This document shows positions 24,975-35,657 of a stretch of DNA of 41,188 bases, piece after piece. The stretch is from Octopus sinensis (lineage: Eukaryota): the NCBI RefSeq assembly GCF_006345805.1, contig NW_021835266.1, forward strand, positions 1 through 41,188, written 5' to 3'. Made by a program: the position numbers and the translations under genes. Each line of letters opens with the position of its first letter. The stretch's first letter is position 1. The notes beneath the pieces were generated by a model. It was not told the DNA's origin. It saw nothing but the letters and a program-made list of their open reading frames with translations, and did no database searches.

Positions 24975-25435
24975 TCAGCGCCAATATGGCAGCCGATTCT
25001 CACTAATCACACCCAAAGTCCATCCCTTCCTCACCGTGGTGGGGACGCTGGCAACGGGTAGTGTCAGAGCTATGCCGTCGGGAACTTCGGTTCCTCGTAG
25101 GGCCACCCAAGGCGGATTGGTCTGACACCGAGTGGTATTAGGGCCACAACCCGGCAGACAGGGCTCTGGTGAAAATCCTCGGAGTGTCTGTTTCGGCGGC
25201 AACCGGTGGCTCCTCGGTCGTTCTGTCCCTGCGTTTGCGGACAATCTGCGGCAAACAGGATGTCTCTGCATGCGGGATTGTCGGGGACCGCTTGTGAAAT
25301 TCATAATCCCACGAAACTTCTTCCACTGCCATGGTTTGAGATGCCTCGAGGGTGGTAGAAGAAGCCGACTCAACCCGCCCAGGGTGAATGTCGCCACAAG
25401 TACAAATAAGTAATCACAGCCCACTTGCCGCCTCA
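24975..25435 (-). mobile_element. GC-rich fragment, possibly the 5' end or ORF1 start of a retroelement
   Basis: An abrupt GC/CpG-rich block in AT-rich surroundings. On the minus strand, AACCATGG starts MAVEEVSWDYEFHKRSPTIPHAETSCLPQIVRKRRDRTTEEPP. Family not recognised with certainty. Confidence 0.3.
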
Positions 25436-25491
25436 AGAATATGACTGGATATACTTTAGAAGTTTGTCTTCGATATACAATAAAACAAAAT

Positions 25492-25910
25492 AAGGGCGAG
25501 TGCTGGCAGAAACGTTTGCACGCCGGGCGAAATGCGAAGCCGTATTTCGTTTGCTGTTACGTTCTGAGTTCAAATTCCGCCGAGGTCGACTTTGCCTTTC
25601 ATCCTTCCGGGGTCGATAAATTAAGTACCAGTTACGCACTGGGGTCGATGTAATCGATTTAATCCGTTTGTCTGTCCTTGTTTGTCTCCTCTGTGTTTAG
25701 GCCTTCGTGGGTAGTAAACAAATAGGTATTTCGTCTGTCTTCACGTTCTGAGTTCAAATACCGCCGAGGTCGACTTTGCCTTTCATCCTTTCGGGGTCGA
25801 TAAATTAAGTACCAGATGAATACTGGGGTCGATGTAATCGATTTAATCCGTTTGTCTGTCCTTGTTTGTCCCCTCTGTGTTTAGGCCTTCGTGGGTAGTA
25901 AACAAATAGG
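25492..25910 (+). mobile_element. SINE family A dimer with a target-site duplication
   Basis: TATACAATAAAA lies at 25474-25485 and 25911-25922. Both units share the private variant TTAGGCCTTCGTGGGTAGTAAACAAATAGG. Confidence 0.92.
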
Positions 25911-26159
25911 TATACAATAAAACAAGACCATGGAGAAAATGAAAAAAAAACTGTTTCGCGAAAAGCAGTGTCAACTCTTAATGTAGTAAGTTTGGAGATT
26001 AGGAAATTTCCTGGTCATAACTCACATTTAAAGCTAAATTTGTATTGTCATGGTTGCTATGGATTAACGAAAGATCAGCCGACACGAGGTCACAGGCATT
26101 TTTACCTTTTTCTTCCTGTGTATGGGTTGCTTCTCTATTGGAACAATAAGTTCTACATT

Positions 26160-26314
26160 ACTTCAACATTTAAGTTTAATTTGTCAAAATATTTTCGTCG
26201 CTAAAATCCGCGACCTGTTCACAGACAAAAATCAGCACGAATTTTTGTCAGTGAAGAGGTCGCGGTCTGAAAGCGACGAAAATATTTTGACAAATTAAAC
26301 TTAAATGTTGAAGT
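26160..26314. mobile_element. Palindromic MITE-like element
   Basis: Arms of ~73 bp, with the outer 43 bp perfectly complementary (ACTTCAACATTTAAGTTTAATTTGTCAAAATATTTTCGTCGCT), around a loop of ~8 nt. Confidence 0.8.
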
Positions 26315-27199
26315 GAATCGAACGGCTTGTGTGTTTCTTAAATGGCTTACAAACACCTTCCACGATGCAATTGTTTTCGTTCCAGCACACGATCTCAGAT
26401 CAAATCACTTGCTATGCAAGTACATCTCCGTAAAGTTCAACATTATTCCTTTGAATTTATTACTTCAATACCTAAATATAAATATGTACAATTACATTAT
26501 TTCCTGCATCATATTGCTGAAATAATTTTGATTTAAGACGGTAGGATGTAATTTGGTGATATTTGACTGCTATTTTTAGTGGACACATGGACCATCTACT
26601 GACTCCCTCGATGGCTGTGGTACGCTTATCTGTATCCTCTATGTCAGTTTGAATTCGTCAATGTTTTCCTTCACCTCACCTCTATTGGTTCTAGGAAACT
26701 TTCCTTCTCATTGTAACTATCGACTTTTATTCAATGGCAGAATTTATTAAAGTTACAGCACCGTTTCTTTAGAAATTTGCATATTGAAAGATATAACTAG
26801 TTTTGTATAAAGATATTACGTAACGATTCCAGACACATAACATACCAGCAGCCATTATATAAAACAAAAGAAGAGGAAGTATAACTTATCGAAAATAAGT
26901 TTATTGCCATTCACTATACATATTTAAATTAACATATCATTTAATTACTTTATAATGTATAAATACATGAATTTATTAAAATTTTAGCGCCGTTCTTATC
27001 TGCGAAACATCTAACGTCGCTGTAAATATTAATCATTCATTCTTTCTAAAGAGCAACACGTTTTAAATGTAATTTTTATTCAAGCTAACCAAAAAACGAT
27101 CTTATATAATCTAACATGTTCTGAGTAAAGAGGAAAAAATCACAGCGGCAGAATCGGTAGAGCGTCGGGGGAAATAGCTGAAAATATTTCTTTTGGTTT

Positions 27200-27342
27200 A
27201 CTCTTTTGCTTGTTTCAGTCATTTGACAGCGGCCATGCTGGAGCACCGCCTTTAGTTGAGAAAATCGAACCCAGGACTTATTCTTTGTGAGCCTAGTAAT
27301 TATTCTATCAGTCTCCTTTGCCGAACCGCTAAGTTACGGATC
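27200..27342 (-). mobile_element. SINE family B 3' fragment
   Basis: Reverse complement of the family B 3' body (TTTCAGTCATTTGAC.GCGGCCATGCTGGAGCACCGCC). Confidence 0.85.
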
Positions 27343-27589
27343 ACTATTATGGTAACGCGTGTTGAGGAAGCTGAGGCTGTCTTTGAGAGTGCAGAAACCA
27401 GTCCACCTCAATCCAAATACTTGAATGTATACTGAGAGATTGTCTTGGCTCGTTTGCCTTCGCACAGTTGATTTCTGGAGTTATTATCAGTGTATTTTGG
27501 CGATTTAAATATGAGTTTTGACTGTTATTTCCAGCAGGTAGACATACAAGATGAATAACATAATCATTAACAATATGGATAACATATAT

Positions 27590-27765
27590 AGGCGTAAGAG
27601 CGGCTGTATGGTAAGTAGCTTGCTTACCAACCACATGGTTCCGGGTTCAGTCCCACTGCGTGGCATCTTGGGCAAGTGTCTTCTACTATAGCCTCGGGCC
27701 GACCAAAGCTTTGTGAGTGGACTTGGTAGACGGAAACTGAAAGAAGCCCGTCGTATATATATATA

Positions 27766-27798
<33 letters not shown>

Positions 27799-27805
27799 AT
27801 GTATG

Positions 27806-27837
<32 letters not shown>

Positions 27838-28057
27838 TATGTGTGTGTATGTTTGTGTGTCTGTGTTGGTACCCTACCCCAACATCGCTTGACAACCGAT
27901 GCTGGTGTGTTTACACCCCAGTAATTTAGCGCTAGAGACCGATAGAATAAGTACAAGGCTTACAAAGAATAAGTCCTGGGGTCGATTTGTTCGAATAAAG
28001 GTGGTGCTCTAGCATGGCCACAGCGAAATGACTGAAACAAGTAAAAGAGTAAAAGAG
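27590..28057 (+). mobile_element. CORE-type SINE family B, full length, with a 30-bp target-site duplication
   Basis: TAACATAATCATTA(A/C)CAATATGGATAACAT lies at 27556-27585 and 28058-28087. Confidence 0.93.
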
Positions 28058-28117
28058 TAACATAATCATTACCAATATGGATAACATTATTAACAATATG
28101 AACAACATAATGCAAGC

Positions 28118-28320
28118 GGGGAGCTGGCAGAATTGTAGCCATGTCGGAAAATATGCTTAGTGGCGTTTCGTCCGTCTTTATGTACTGAGTTCAGGTTCCG
28201 CCGTGGTCGTGGTTACCATTTATTATTTCGGGGTCGATAAAATACGTACCAGATGAGGACTGGGGTCGATGTAATCGACTTAGACTCCCGCCAGTGCCGA
28301 AATTCCTGAACCGAAATTCG
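28118..28320 (+). mobile_element. Diverged SINE family A copy
   Basis: GGGGAGCTGGCAGAATTGT head, then CTGAGTTCAGGTTCCGCC, TCGGGGTCGATAAAAT and ACTGGGGTCGATGTAATCGAC. Confidence 0.8.
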
Positions 28321-28728
28321 AAACTGATATGAAGAAGATCAACACCCGGGGCAACAACAGCAATAACAACACGAACAACAACAACAACAGCAACAACGAC
28401 AACAACAACAACAGCAGCAACAATGATGGCTTCTAATAACAAGAACACCATTAACAACATCGACAAAAACTAAGAAAAGATAACAAAACATAAAAGTGAT
28501 ATTTAAATATTGTTTTGAAAAATCGAAGTTTTATGATGCGTTTTGTATTGATATATTTCCAATCACCAAGCAGTTAATGTAATGAAACGTAAGATTTAAC
28601 ATTTTAACATCAATGGTGCTGACTTCAGGGTGTATGTAGAAACCATTGGCATTGGTTTCGGTTTTTGTATCTCCATTTCTATATTTATGTCTTTTTAGGT
28701 TGAATCTATCTATTTCTCTTTCTCTCTC

Positions 28729-28796
<68 letters not shown>

Positions 28797-29459
28797 AGAT
28801 TTCGGTTACTAATCGATCATGTAAATTATTGCCCAGCGCATGAGAATGTAACAAATCACGAAAAAAGCAAAGAAAAGAAAAAGAAAAATGAATAAAAAAA
28901 AACAGAAATTGAAAAAAAAAATGAAAAAAATATAAAATTTCGCATCAATGACTTCAATTTTGGACGATTAGATGCAGAGCATGAATAGTAGTATTAGTAG
29001 TATTAGTAGTAGTAGTAGTAGTAGTAGTAGTATAGTAGTAGTGGTGGTGGTGGTGGTGGTGGTAGTGGTGTGGAGAGAGGATGGCCGAATGAACATTATG
29101 CCGATTATTATCAAGTATAACACACATGAGGAAATACTAGTAGACGCACACGTGCCCTCCCTCTCTCTCTCTCTCTCTTCCTCTGGCGCGCACACACACA
29201 CATACATACATACATATATACATACATACATACACACACACAGGCGTGCACACAAACACAGATATATATTGCTATCTTCTTCGATCTTGAAAGTGTATAA
29301 AGAAAGGAAAGAGAAAATTCTTATCAGAATTTATTTATAAAAAGAATTAATGCTTTAAATCTATCTTCATCCTCTCTTTCCCTCTGTGTATATACATACA
29401 TAGAAACATACATACATACATACATACATACATACACACACACACATACATACACACAC

Positions 29460-29490
<31 letters not shown>

Positions 29491-29516
29491 CATATATATA
29501 TATAATATATATAAAT

Positions 29517-29676
29517 CACGCATATTTACATATATTTTAATACCTATATATCTATATTACTATTATACGCATTTCATATATTCATATATTTATATATATA
29601 GAGAGAGATATATATGAAATGTATATAATTGTAATATAGATATATAGGTGGCATAAGATATATGTAAATATACGTG
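29517..29676. repeat. AT-rich inverted duplication (hairpin)
   Basis: 29517-29581 is the reverse complement of 29608-29676, sharing the blocks ATATTTACATATAT, ACCTATATATCTATATTAC and CATTTCATATAT. Confidence 0.8.
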
Positions 29677-30110
29677 TGTTTTTGTGCGTGTGTATATGTG
29701 AGCAAATGATATCTTTGTTATGAATGGTCTAAGTTGAAAATTAAGATGATGATGACGAAGACGGCGATGATGATTTGCTAAATCACCGCAACTACCACCA
29801 CCGCCACCATCATTTCATCATTATCATATTCTTCATCCTCGTCTTCGCCGTCGTTGCCTTCGTCGTCTTCCTTCTCCTTCCCTTCCCCTCTTCCTTCTCC
29901 TTCCCTCCTACTCCACCTCCTGCTCATTATCATCATTAGCAGCAGCAATAATCAGCGGCTGTCTTATATCACTTCCTACCGTCTTTAGCAGTACAGAGAG
30001 TAACAAAGATAGGTCTAATCCCTGACGTACGTAGGCTGTTGGAGCGTCTTTGATATCTTATGCTCGCCAAAACTACGTTGAGCCGGGTTTTATACGGCGA
30101 TAACGGACAC

Positions 30111-31415
30111 AGCAACAAATTGAAATAGCAACAATTGAAAATAACAACAACAATGGCGGCAAAACAAATGAAAATAGCAACAAGAATGGCGACAACAACA
30201 AATGAAAATAGCAATAAGAATGGCGGCAAAACAAATGAAAATAGCAACAACAATGGCGGCAACAACAAATGAAAATAACAACATCAATGGCGGCAACAAC
30301 AAATGAAACTAGCAACAAGAATGGCGGCAAAAACAAATGAAACTAGCAACAAGAATGGCGGCAACAACAAATGAAAATAGCAACAAGAATGGCGGCAACA
30401 ACAAATGAAAATAGCAACAACAATGGCGGCAACAACAAATGAAAATAGCAACATCAATGGCGGCAACAACAAATGAAACTAGCAACAACAATGGCGGCAA
30501 AAACAAATTAAAATAACAACAACAATGGCGGCAACAACAAATGAAAATAGCAACAAGAATGTCGGCAAAACAAATGAAAATAGCAACAAGAATGGCGGCA
30601 ACAACAAATGAAAATAGCAACAAGAATGGCGGCAAAACAAATGAAAATAGCAACAACAATGGCGGCAACAACAAATGAAAATAGCAACATCAATGGCGGC
30701 AAAAACAAATGAAACTAGCAACAACAATGGCGGCAAAAACAAATGAAAATAACAACAACAATGGCGGCAACAACAAATGAAACTAGCAACACGAATGGCG
30801 GCAAAAACAAATGAAAATAACAACAAGAATTGCAGCAAAAACAAATGAAAATAGCAACAAGAATGGCGATGACAACAAATGAAAATAGCAACAAAAATGG
30901 CGACAACAACAAATGAAAATAGTAACAAGAATTGCGGCAAAACAAATTAAAATAGCAACAACAATGGCGGCAACAACAAATGAAAATAGCAACAAGAATG
31001 GCGACAAAACAAATGAAAATAGCAACAACAATGGTGATAGCAACAAATGAAAATAGCAACAAGAATGGCGGCAGAACAAATGAAAATAGCAACAACAATT
31101 GTGATAGCAACAAAGGAAAATAGCAACAAGAATTGCGGCAAAACAAATTAAAATAGCAACAACAATGGCGGCAACAACAAATGAAAATAGCAACAACAAT
31201 TGCGGCAAAACAAATTAAAATAGCAACAACAATGGCGGCAACAACAAATGAAAATAGCAACAAGAATGGCGACAAAACAAATGAAAATAGCAACAACAAT
31301 AGTGATAGCAACAAATGTAAATAGCAACAAGAATGGCGGCAAAACATATGAAAATAGCAACAACAATGGTGATAGCAATAAATGAAAATAGCAACAACAA
31401 ATGCGATAGCAACAA
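30111..31415. repeat. 33/34-bp minisatellite, roughly 38 units
   Basis: The unit is TGGCGGC-AA(C)AACAAATG-AAAATAGCAA-CAAGAA. Mixed 33- and 34-bp lengths break all reading frames. Confidence 0.95.
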
Positions 31416-32168
31416 AAACAACGCTAATAATAGTAAGGAGAGCAACATCAAGAACGGCAAAGTAAATAAGAACGTGAAGATGGAAAACAGGAGCGACTAC
31501 ACAAATGACAACAAAGAATGACCAAAGCAATAACTACAAGAACAACAACATCAACAACAATTTTAATGGCAATTCTAAGAACAACAATAACTACAACAAC
31601 AGCGACGATGACGATGACAGTTCTGGAAGACAACAGCAACAACAACAATAACAAAACCAGCAATTATATGGAGAAGACAGCCAAGACAGATGATTGGCCA
31701 GGTCAATCTTAGCAAAGAAATTGGAATTTATGTATTTATGGGGTTATAAAAGTAACAGCTTTAATTGTAATTAATTAGCAGTTTGCAAATGAGGACAGTA
31801 TTGTTAAGGGATTTGTATAATTAACATTTAATTTTATTACGTTCCGGCGCCAATTAGAGACTATTAGGAAAGGTAAAAGGCAAGAGGCAAGTGTTTATTC
31901 GGCCACTCTGTTTGTTAGAGGAACAGATTAGTCTCGCTTGCACACCGACTTTTATGTTAATGATGACGCTGACGTCGACGAAGATGACGACGGCAATTGT
32001 GATGGTTATGATGATGCAGACGATGATGATTATGATAGAGGGGAAGAGGAGGAGGAGGAAGAAAAAGAATAAAGAGGAAGTAGAAAAGAAGATAGTGGTA
32101 AACAGGATATGAGGTGAACACACTGGATAATATCGTCCATGATAGATCATAATTGAACAAACAGACGC

Positions 32169-32205
32169 GGTTGCTATAGCAACCAATGGCGTCGATGATT
32201 GACAG
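32169..32205. promoter_or_regulatory. Candidate cis-regulatory module: RFX X-box, CCAAT box and PBX-PREP/MEIS decamer
   Basis: A perfect 16-bp palindrome GGTTGCTATAGCAACC (32169-32184) fits the X-box consensus GTYNCY-AT-RGNAAC. CCAAT lies at 32183-32187 and TGATTGACAG at 32196-32205. Confidence 0.5.
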
Positions 32206-32904
32206 GTTTACTCAGTCATGGCTAACATAGCGGTAAACAAACTTTCGAAAATTTGACACAAGGCCAGCGAATTTCAGACAAAGGGCAAATTAGTTACATC
32301 GACCATTTAATGCTCGACTTGTACTTAGCTTATCGACCTCGAAATGATGATCTCGACGAGATTTGAATCTTTCACGCTATGCGCTAGAAGTAAAACTGTT
32401 AAGAATTTTCTTCAATGCGCTGCTGGTTCTCTCAGCTTGCATAACAATGGAAAGTTGCTTACATTTCCAGTTGGGAAGTGGTTGCTGCTGCTGTTGTTGT
32501 TGTTGTTAAGCAACAAGACGGGTAAGGGTGATTAGGTGATGGTCTAGGGCTTAGGGGCGGGAGACCCCAGACCTTGGAAAAAAAAACTTTTGTCGTCTTG
32601 TTGTAGTCGAGGGCTCTTCGTTGACGCCCGACACCACTGGGAGGTGACCCTCGAAGTCGCTGGAAATGGAGATCTCCAGGTGCAAATTCCTGGGCGGATG
32701 CTGCTGCTGCTAATCCAAATTCCGAGCGATTTAGAATAACGAAATCTATATAAATACACATATATTTGACGGCTTTCTTCTGAAGATAGGACTTTGCGCC
32801 GAAAATTTCTGTATTTTTAGACACTTTCCATATTTCTCTTTTCTTTCACTTTCTACTACTGTACGATAACGCTTCAAGCAAACTTCAACGATGGGCATCA
32901 TTCA

Positions 32905-32998
32905 GTTTCCTTGCCTAAGGTGACACACAGCGGGACTGCAACTGGAACCATGTGGTTGAGAAGCAAACCTCTAACCACACAGCCACACCAGCGCCTAT
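32905..32998 (-). mobile_element. SINE family B head fragment, diverged
   Basis: Reverse complement of GGCGCTGGTGTGGCTGTGTGGTTAG...CCACATGGTTCCAGTTGCAGTCCC. Confidence 0.75.
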
Positions 32999-33006
32999 AT
33001 GTCCTG

Positions 33007-33034
<28 letters not shown>

Positions 33035-33042
<8 letters not shown>

Positions 33043-33342
33043 GTTGTATACTGTCAATCTAACAAGAACGTGACAGTAGGGTGTACACCACCGCTGTATA
33101 GCCCTAGGAAGCATCGAACGCCTCCTGATGGCTTTGACACATTTTTCCCTGTGACCTTATATACAAACACCCCCGGCTGGCAGCCGGGGGTGTTAGTCTC
33201 CCCTTCGTATATGTATATAAGGTCACAGGGAAAAATGTGTCAAAGCCATCAAGAGGCGTTCGATGCTTCCTAGGGCTATACAGCGGTGGTGTACCCCCTA
33301 TTGTCACGTTCTTGTTAGACTGACAGTATACAACCATTCTAT
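33035..33342. mobile_element. 308-bp foldback/MITE with 131-bp arms and a nested inner palindrome
   Basis: 33035-33165 matches the reverse complement of 33212-33342 with 4 mismatches. The spacer holds AACACCCCCGGCTG-G-CAGCCGGGGGTGTT, a perfect 14-bp stem. Confidence 0.88.
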
Positions 33343-33414
33343 CGCCCCACCACCGTACATGTCTCTACGAGAGATTTAGAAATTCAATATTTCTTATATA
33401 TATATATATATTAT

Positions 33415-33485
<71 letters not shown>

Positions 33486-33486
<1 letters not shown>

Positions 33487-33720
33487 GGGAGAATTCCTGA
33501 ATAAAACAAAAGACGAAGACAGGTGGTGTAGAGAACAAACAGATGTATTAGTATAACGCTCAGGAATAGAAAAAGTCTTTTACGTTTCGAGCCTACGCTC
33601 TTCTACAGAAAAGAACACAAAGAAACAAGGAGAGAAAACAAGGAGAGAAAAAGGATACAAAAAAGGAGAGAAAAACAGGGAGAAAAAAGGAGATAAAATA
33701 TGTGTAGTGGCTACCGATCT
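33486..33720 (-). mobile_element. Penelope-like element terminus with a minimal hammerhead motif
   Basis: The minus strand reads TTTT-CTGTAGA-A-GAG-CGTAGG-CTC-GAAACGTA-AAAGAC. It is homologous to 7281-7403 and abuts (TA)n. Confidence 0.6.
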
Positions 33721-33739
33721 ATCATATATATATATAATA

Positions 33740-33779
<40 letters not shown>

Positions 33780-33784
<5 letters not shown>

Positions 33785-34177
33785 AATATCTAGGGTTGTT
33801 ACTGTGCGTAAAAGCCACGCGCTTCAGTGGGATAGACGTTGTGAGATGAACTGGCAGAGACCCCTTTAAATTGGATTTATAAGCGTAAACATTTGTACGT
33901 GTTTTACTGGATGCATTGTCTTCGTATGGTGTATAATCAGATCTCTATATATTTATTTTTCCCGGTTATATTCGTAATGACGAATGGAGTATATACATGG
34001 TGACCACGGAATCATTAATGGTATAGGACTAAACTCTTCTTTTTAATTGAAGGAATTTCTCCTAGTTTTCATTCCATCGACATCGACGCGTGTGTATACT
34101 TATTAATGTAGTTTGACTTTAGCGGCCCATTAAAACGTGTGGCTTTCATGCACAGTAACAGCCCTTGATATTATAAT
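33780..34177. mobile_element. Older MITE-like element with ~50-bp imperfect terminal inverted repeats
   Basis: TTGTAATATCTAGGGTTGTTACTGTGCGTAAAAGCCACGCGCTTCAGTGGG compares with the reverse complement of the right end, TTATAATATCAAGGGCTGTTACTGTGCATGAAAGCCACACGTTTTAATGGG. Confidence 0.7.
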
Positions 34178-34289
34178 GTATTTCATATATAAAAGGAAGT
34201 ATTAAATACCTTGTATTATTTTTTCCCCTTAATTGGTTTTACACACGCTGACTACTCCATAAAATCTTATATAGAATTTATCCTTATAT

Positions 34290-34331
<42 letters not shown>

Positions 34332-34337
34332 TATATC

Positions 34338-34370
<33 letters not shown>

Positions 34371-34383
34371 TTATATATATATG

Positions 34384-34448
<65 letters not shown>

Positions 34449-34484
34449 TTCCTTTGAACATGTTTGAAATCAAAGATACATATA

Positions 34485-34592
<108 letters not shown>

Positions 34593-34924
34593 TTCAAGCA
34601 CTTAAACTATAAACCCTTGCTGAATACTAAATTTTGTCATTTTGTCAAAAGGAAAATATGAGTGGCAAATTACAAACGAAAATAAACAAAAAAAATAAAC
34701 AGCCCGGAAAACAAGAAAATCAAAAGCGGGAATGAAATTATAAAATTATGAAATGGATTGACGAAAATCTAAGTTGAAAGAATATTTGATATTAACATAA
34801 GTTTCGATATAAAAGTTTAATTTCATGAATTTATTCTTCAAGTGTTTCATATATTTTAAAGATGAAAACGTATGATTATGAAGAGTAATGACATTAGTAA
34901 TAATGAATCTATAATTGTTACAGT

Positions 34925-34971
34925 AGTAATAGTAGTAGTAGTAGTAGTAGTACTACTACTACTACTACTAC

Positions 34972-35010
<39 letters not shown>

Positions 35011-35137
35011 TGATGATGATGAGGAGGAGGATAATAATAATGATAATAAAAATAATGATGATGATGATAATGATGATGATAATAATAATAATAATAATAA
35101 TAACACATTTCATATAATAATATTAATAATAATAGTG

Positions 35138-35194
<57 letters not shown>

Positions 35195-35230
35195 TAATAA
35201 TATAATAATAATATTAATGATGATGATGAT
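34925..35230. repeat. (TAG)/(TAC)/(TAA)/(TGA)n trinucleotide tract
   Basis: Directly visible. Confidence 0.95.
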
Positions 35231-35233
35231 AAT

Positions 35234-35657
35234 GAATTATATGTAGATACAAATTAAAGTGCCCCTACTTCAAAGAAAATATCTAAATGTATTTCAATGG
35301 CTTAATAAATATAAGGAACTGGAAATTGAAATACAAATGATGTGGCACTTTAAAGCAAAAGCTGTTCCCTTATATTGTAGATGCCGTAGGGATAACAAAA
35401 ATTGGACATGAGAACCGCTTTTACAACATCCCAGGAGAACCATATCTCAAATAATCTAAGACTGAGATGCCCTATAAATTTTAATGTTTTTTTTGTGTTG
35501 TATTATGTGAATTTATTTCTCTACTGCCCTCTAAACTTCCGCTCCATAAGCTTACAGTTATATTTTAACATCTCAGAACCTTCACTTGTCGTAGGGCACT
35601 GGGGGTGTCTCAGCAAGAGATTACATCAAACACGCTGATTGAAAAGATAATAATAAT
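35234..35657 (+). mobile_element. Decayed 3' end of an R4/Dong-like element, same subfamily as 37138-38141
   Basis: NKYKELEIEIQMMWHFKAKAVP parallels SKYKDLEIEIQKMWNLKTKTVP. The 3' UTR TAGGGCACTGGG...TTACATCAAACACGCTGATT parallels TAGGGCGCTGGG...TTGCATCAAACATGCAGATT. Confidence 0.78.

Noticed and set aside
29969-31530. Hydrophobic Cys-rich repeat protein ORFs
   Set aside because: They are the antisense reading of the minisatellite, and the 34-bp units shift the frame repeatedly.
32218-32232. First coding exon MANIA|GTAAAC downstream of the X-box
   Set aside because: The ATG is only 12 bp from the decamer, and splicing to the 32607 acceptor gives a stop after five codons.
32520-32565. Interstitial telomeric repeat
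   Set aside because: There is only one exact TTAGGG, and the rest is degenerate.
32590-32739. Resemblance to the kindlin N-terminus (WEVTLEV...GDLQ) and to a TGF-beta cleavage site (RQRRALD)
   Set aside because: The matches are short, kindlin's HIGGVML is absent, and no TGF-beta cysteine pattern follows.
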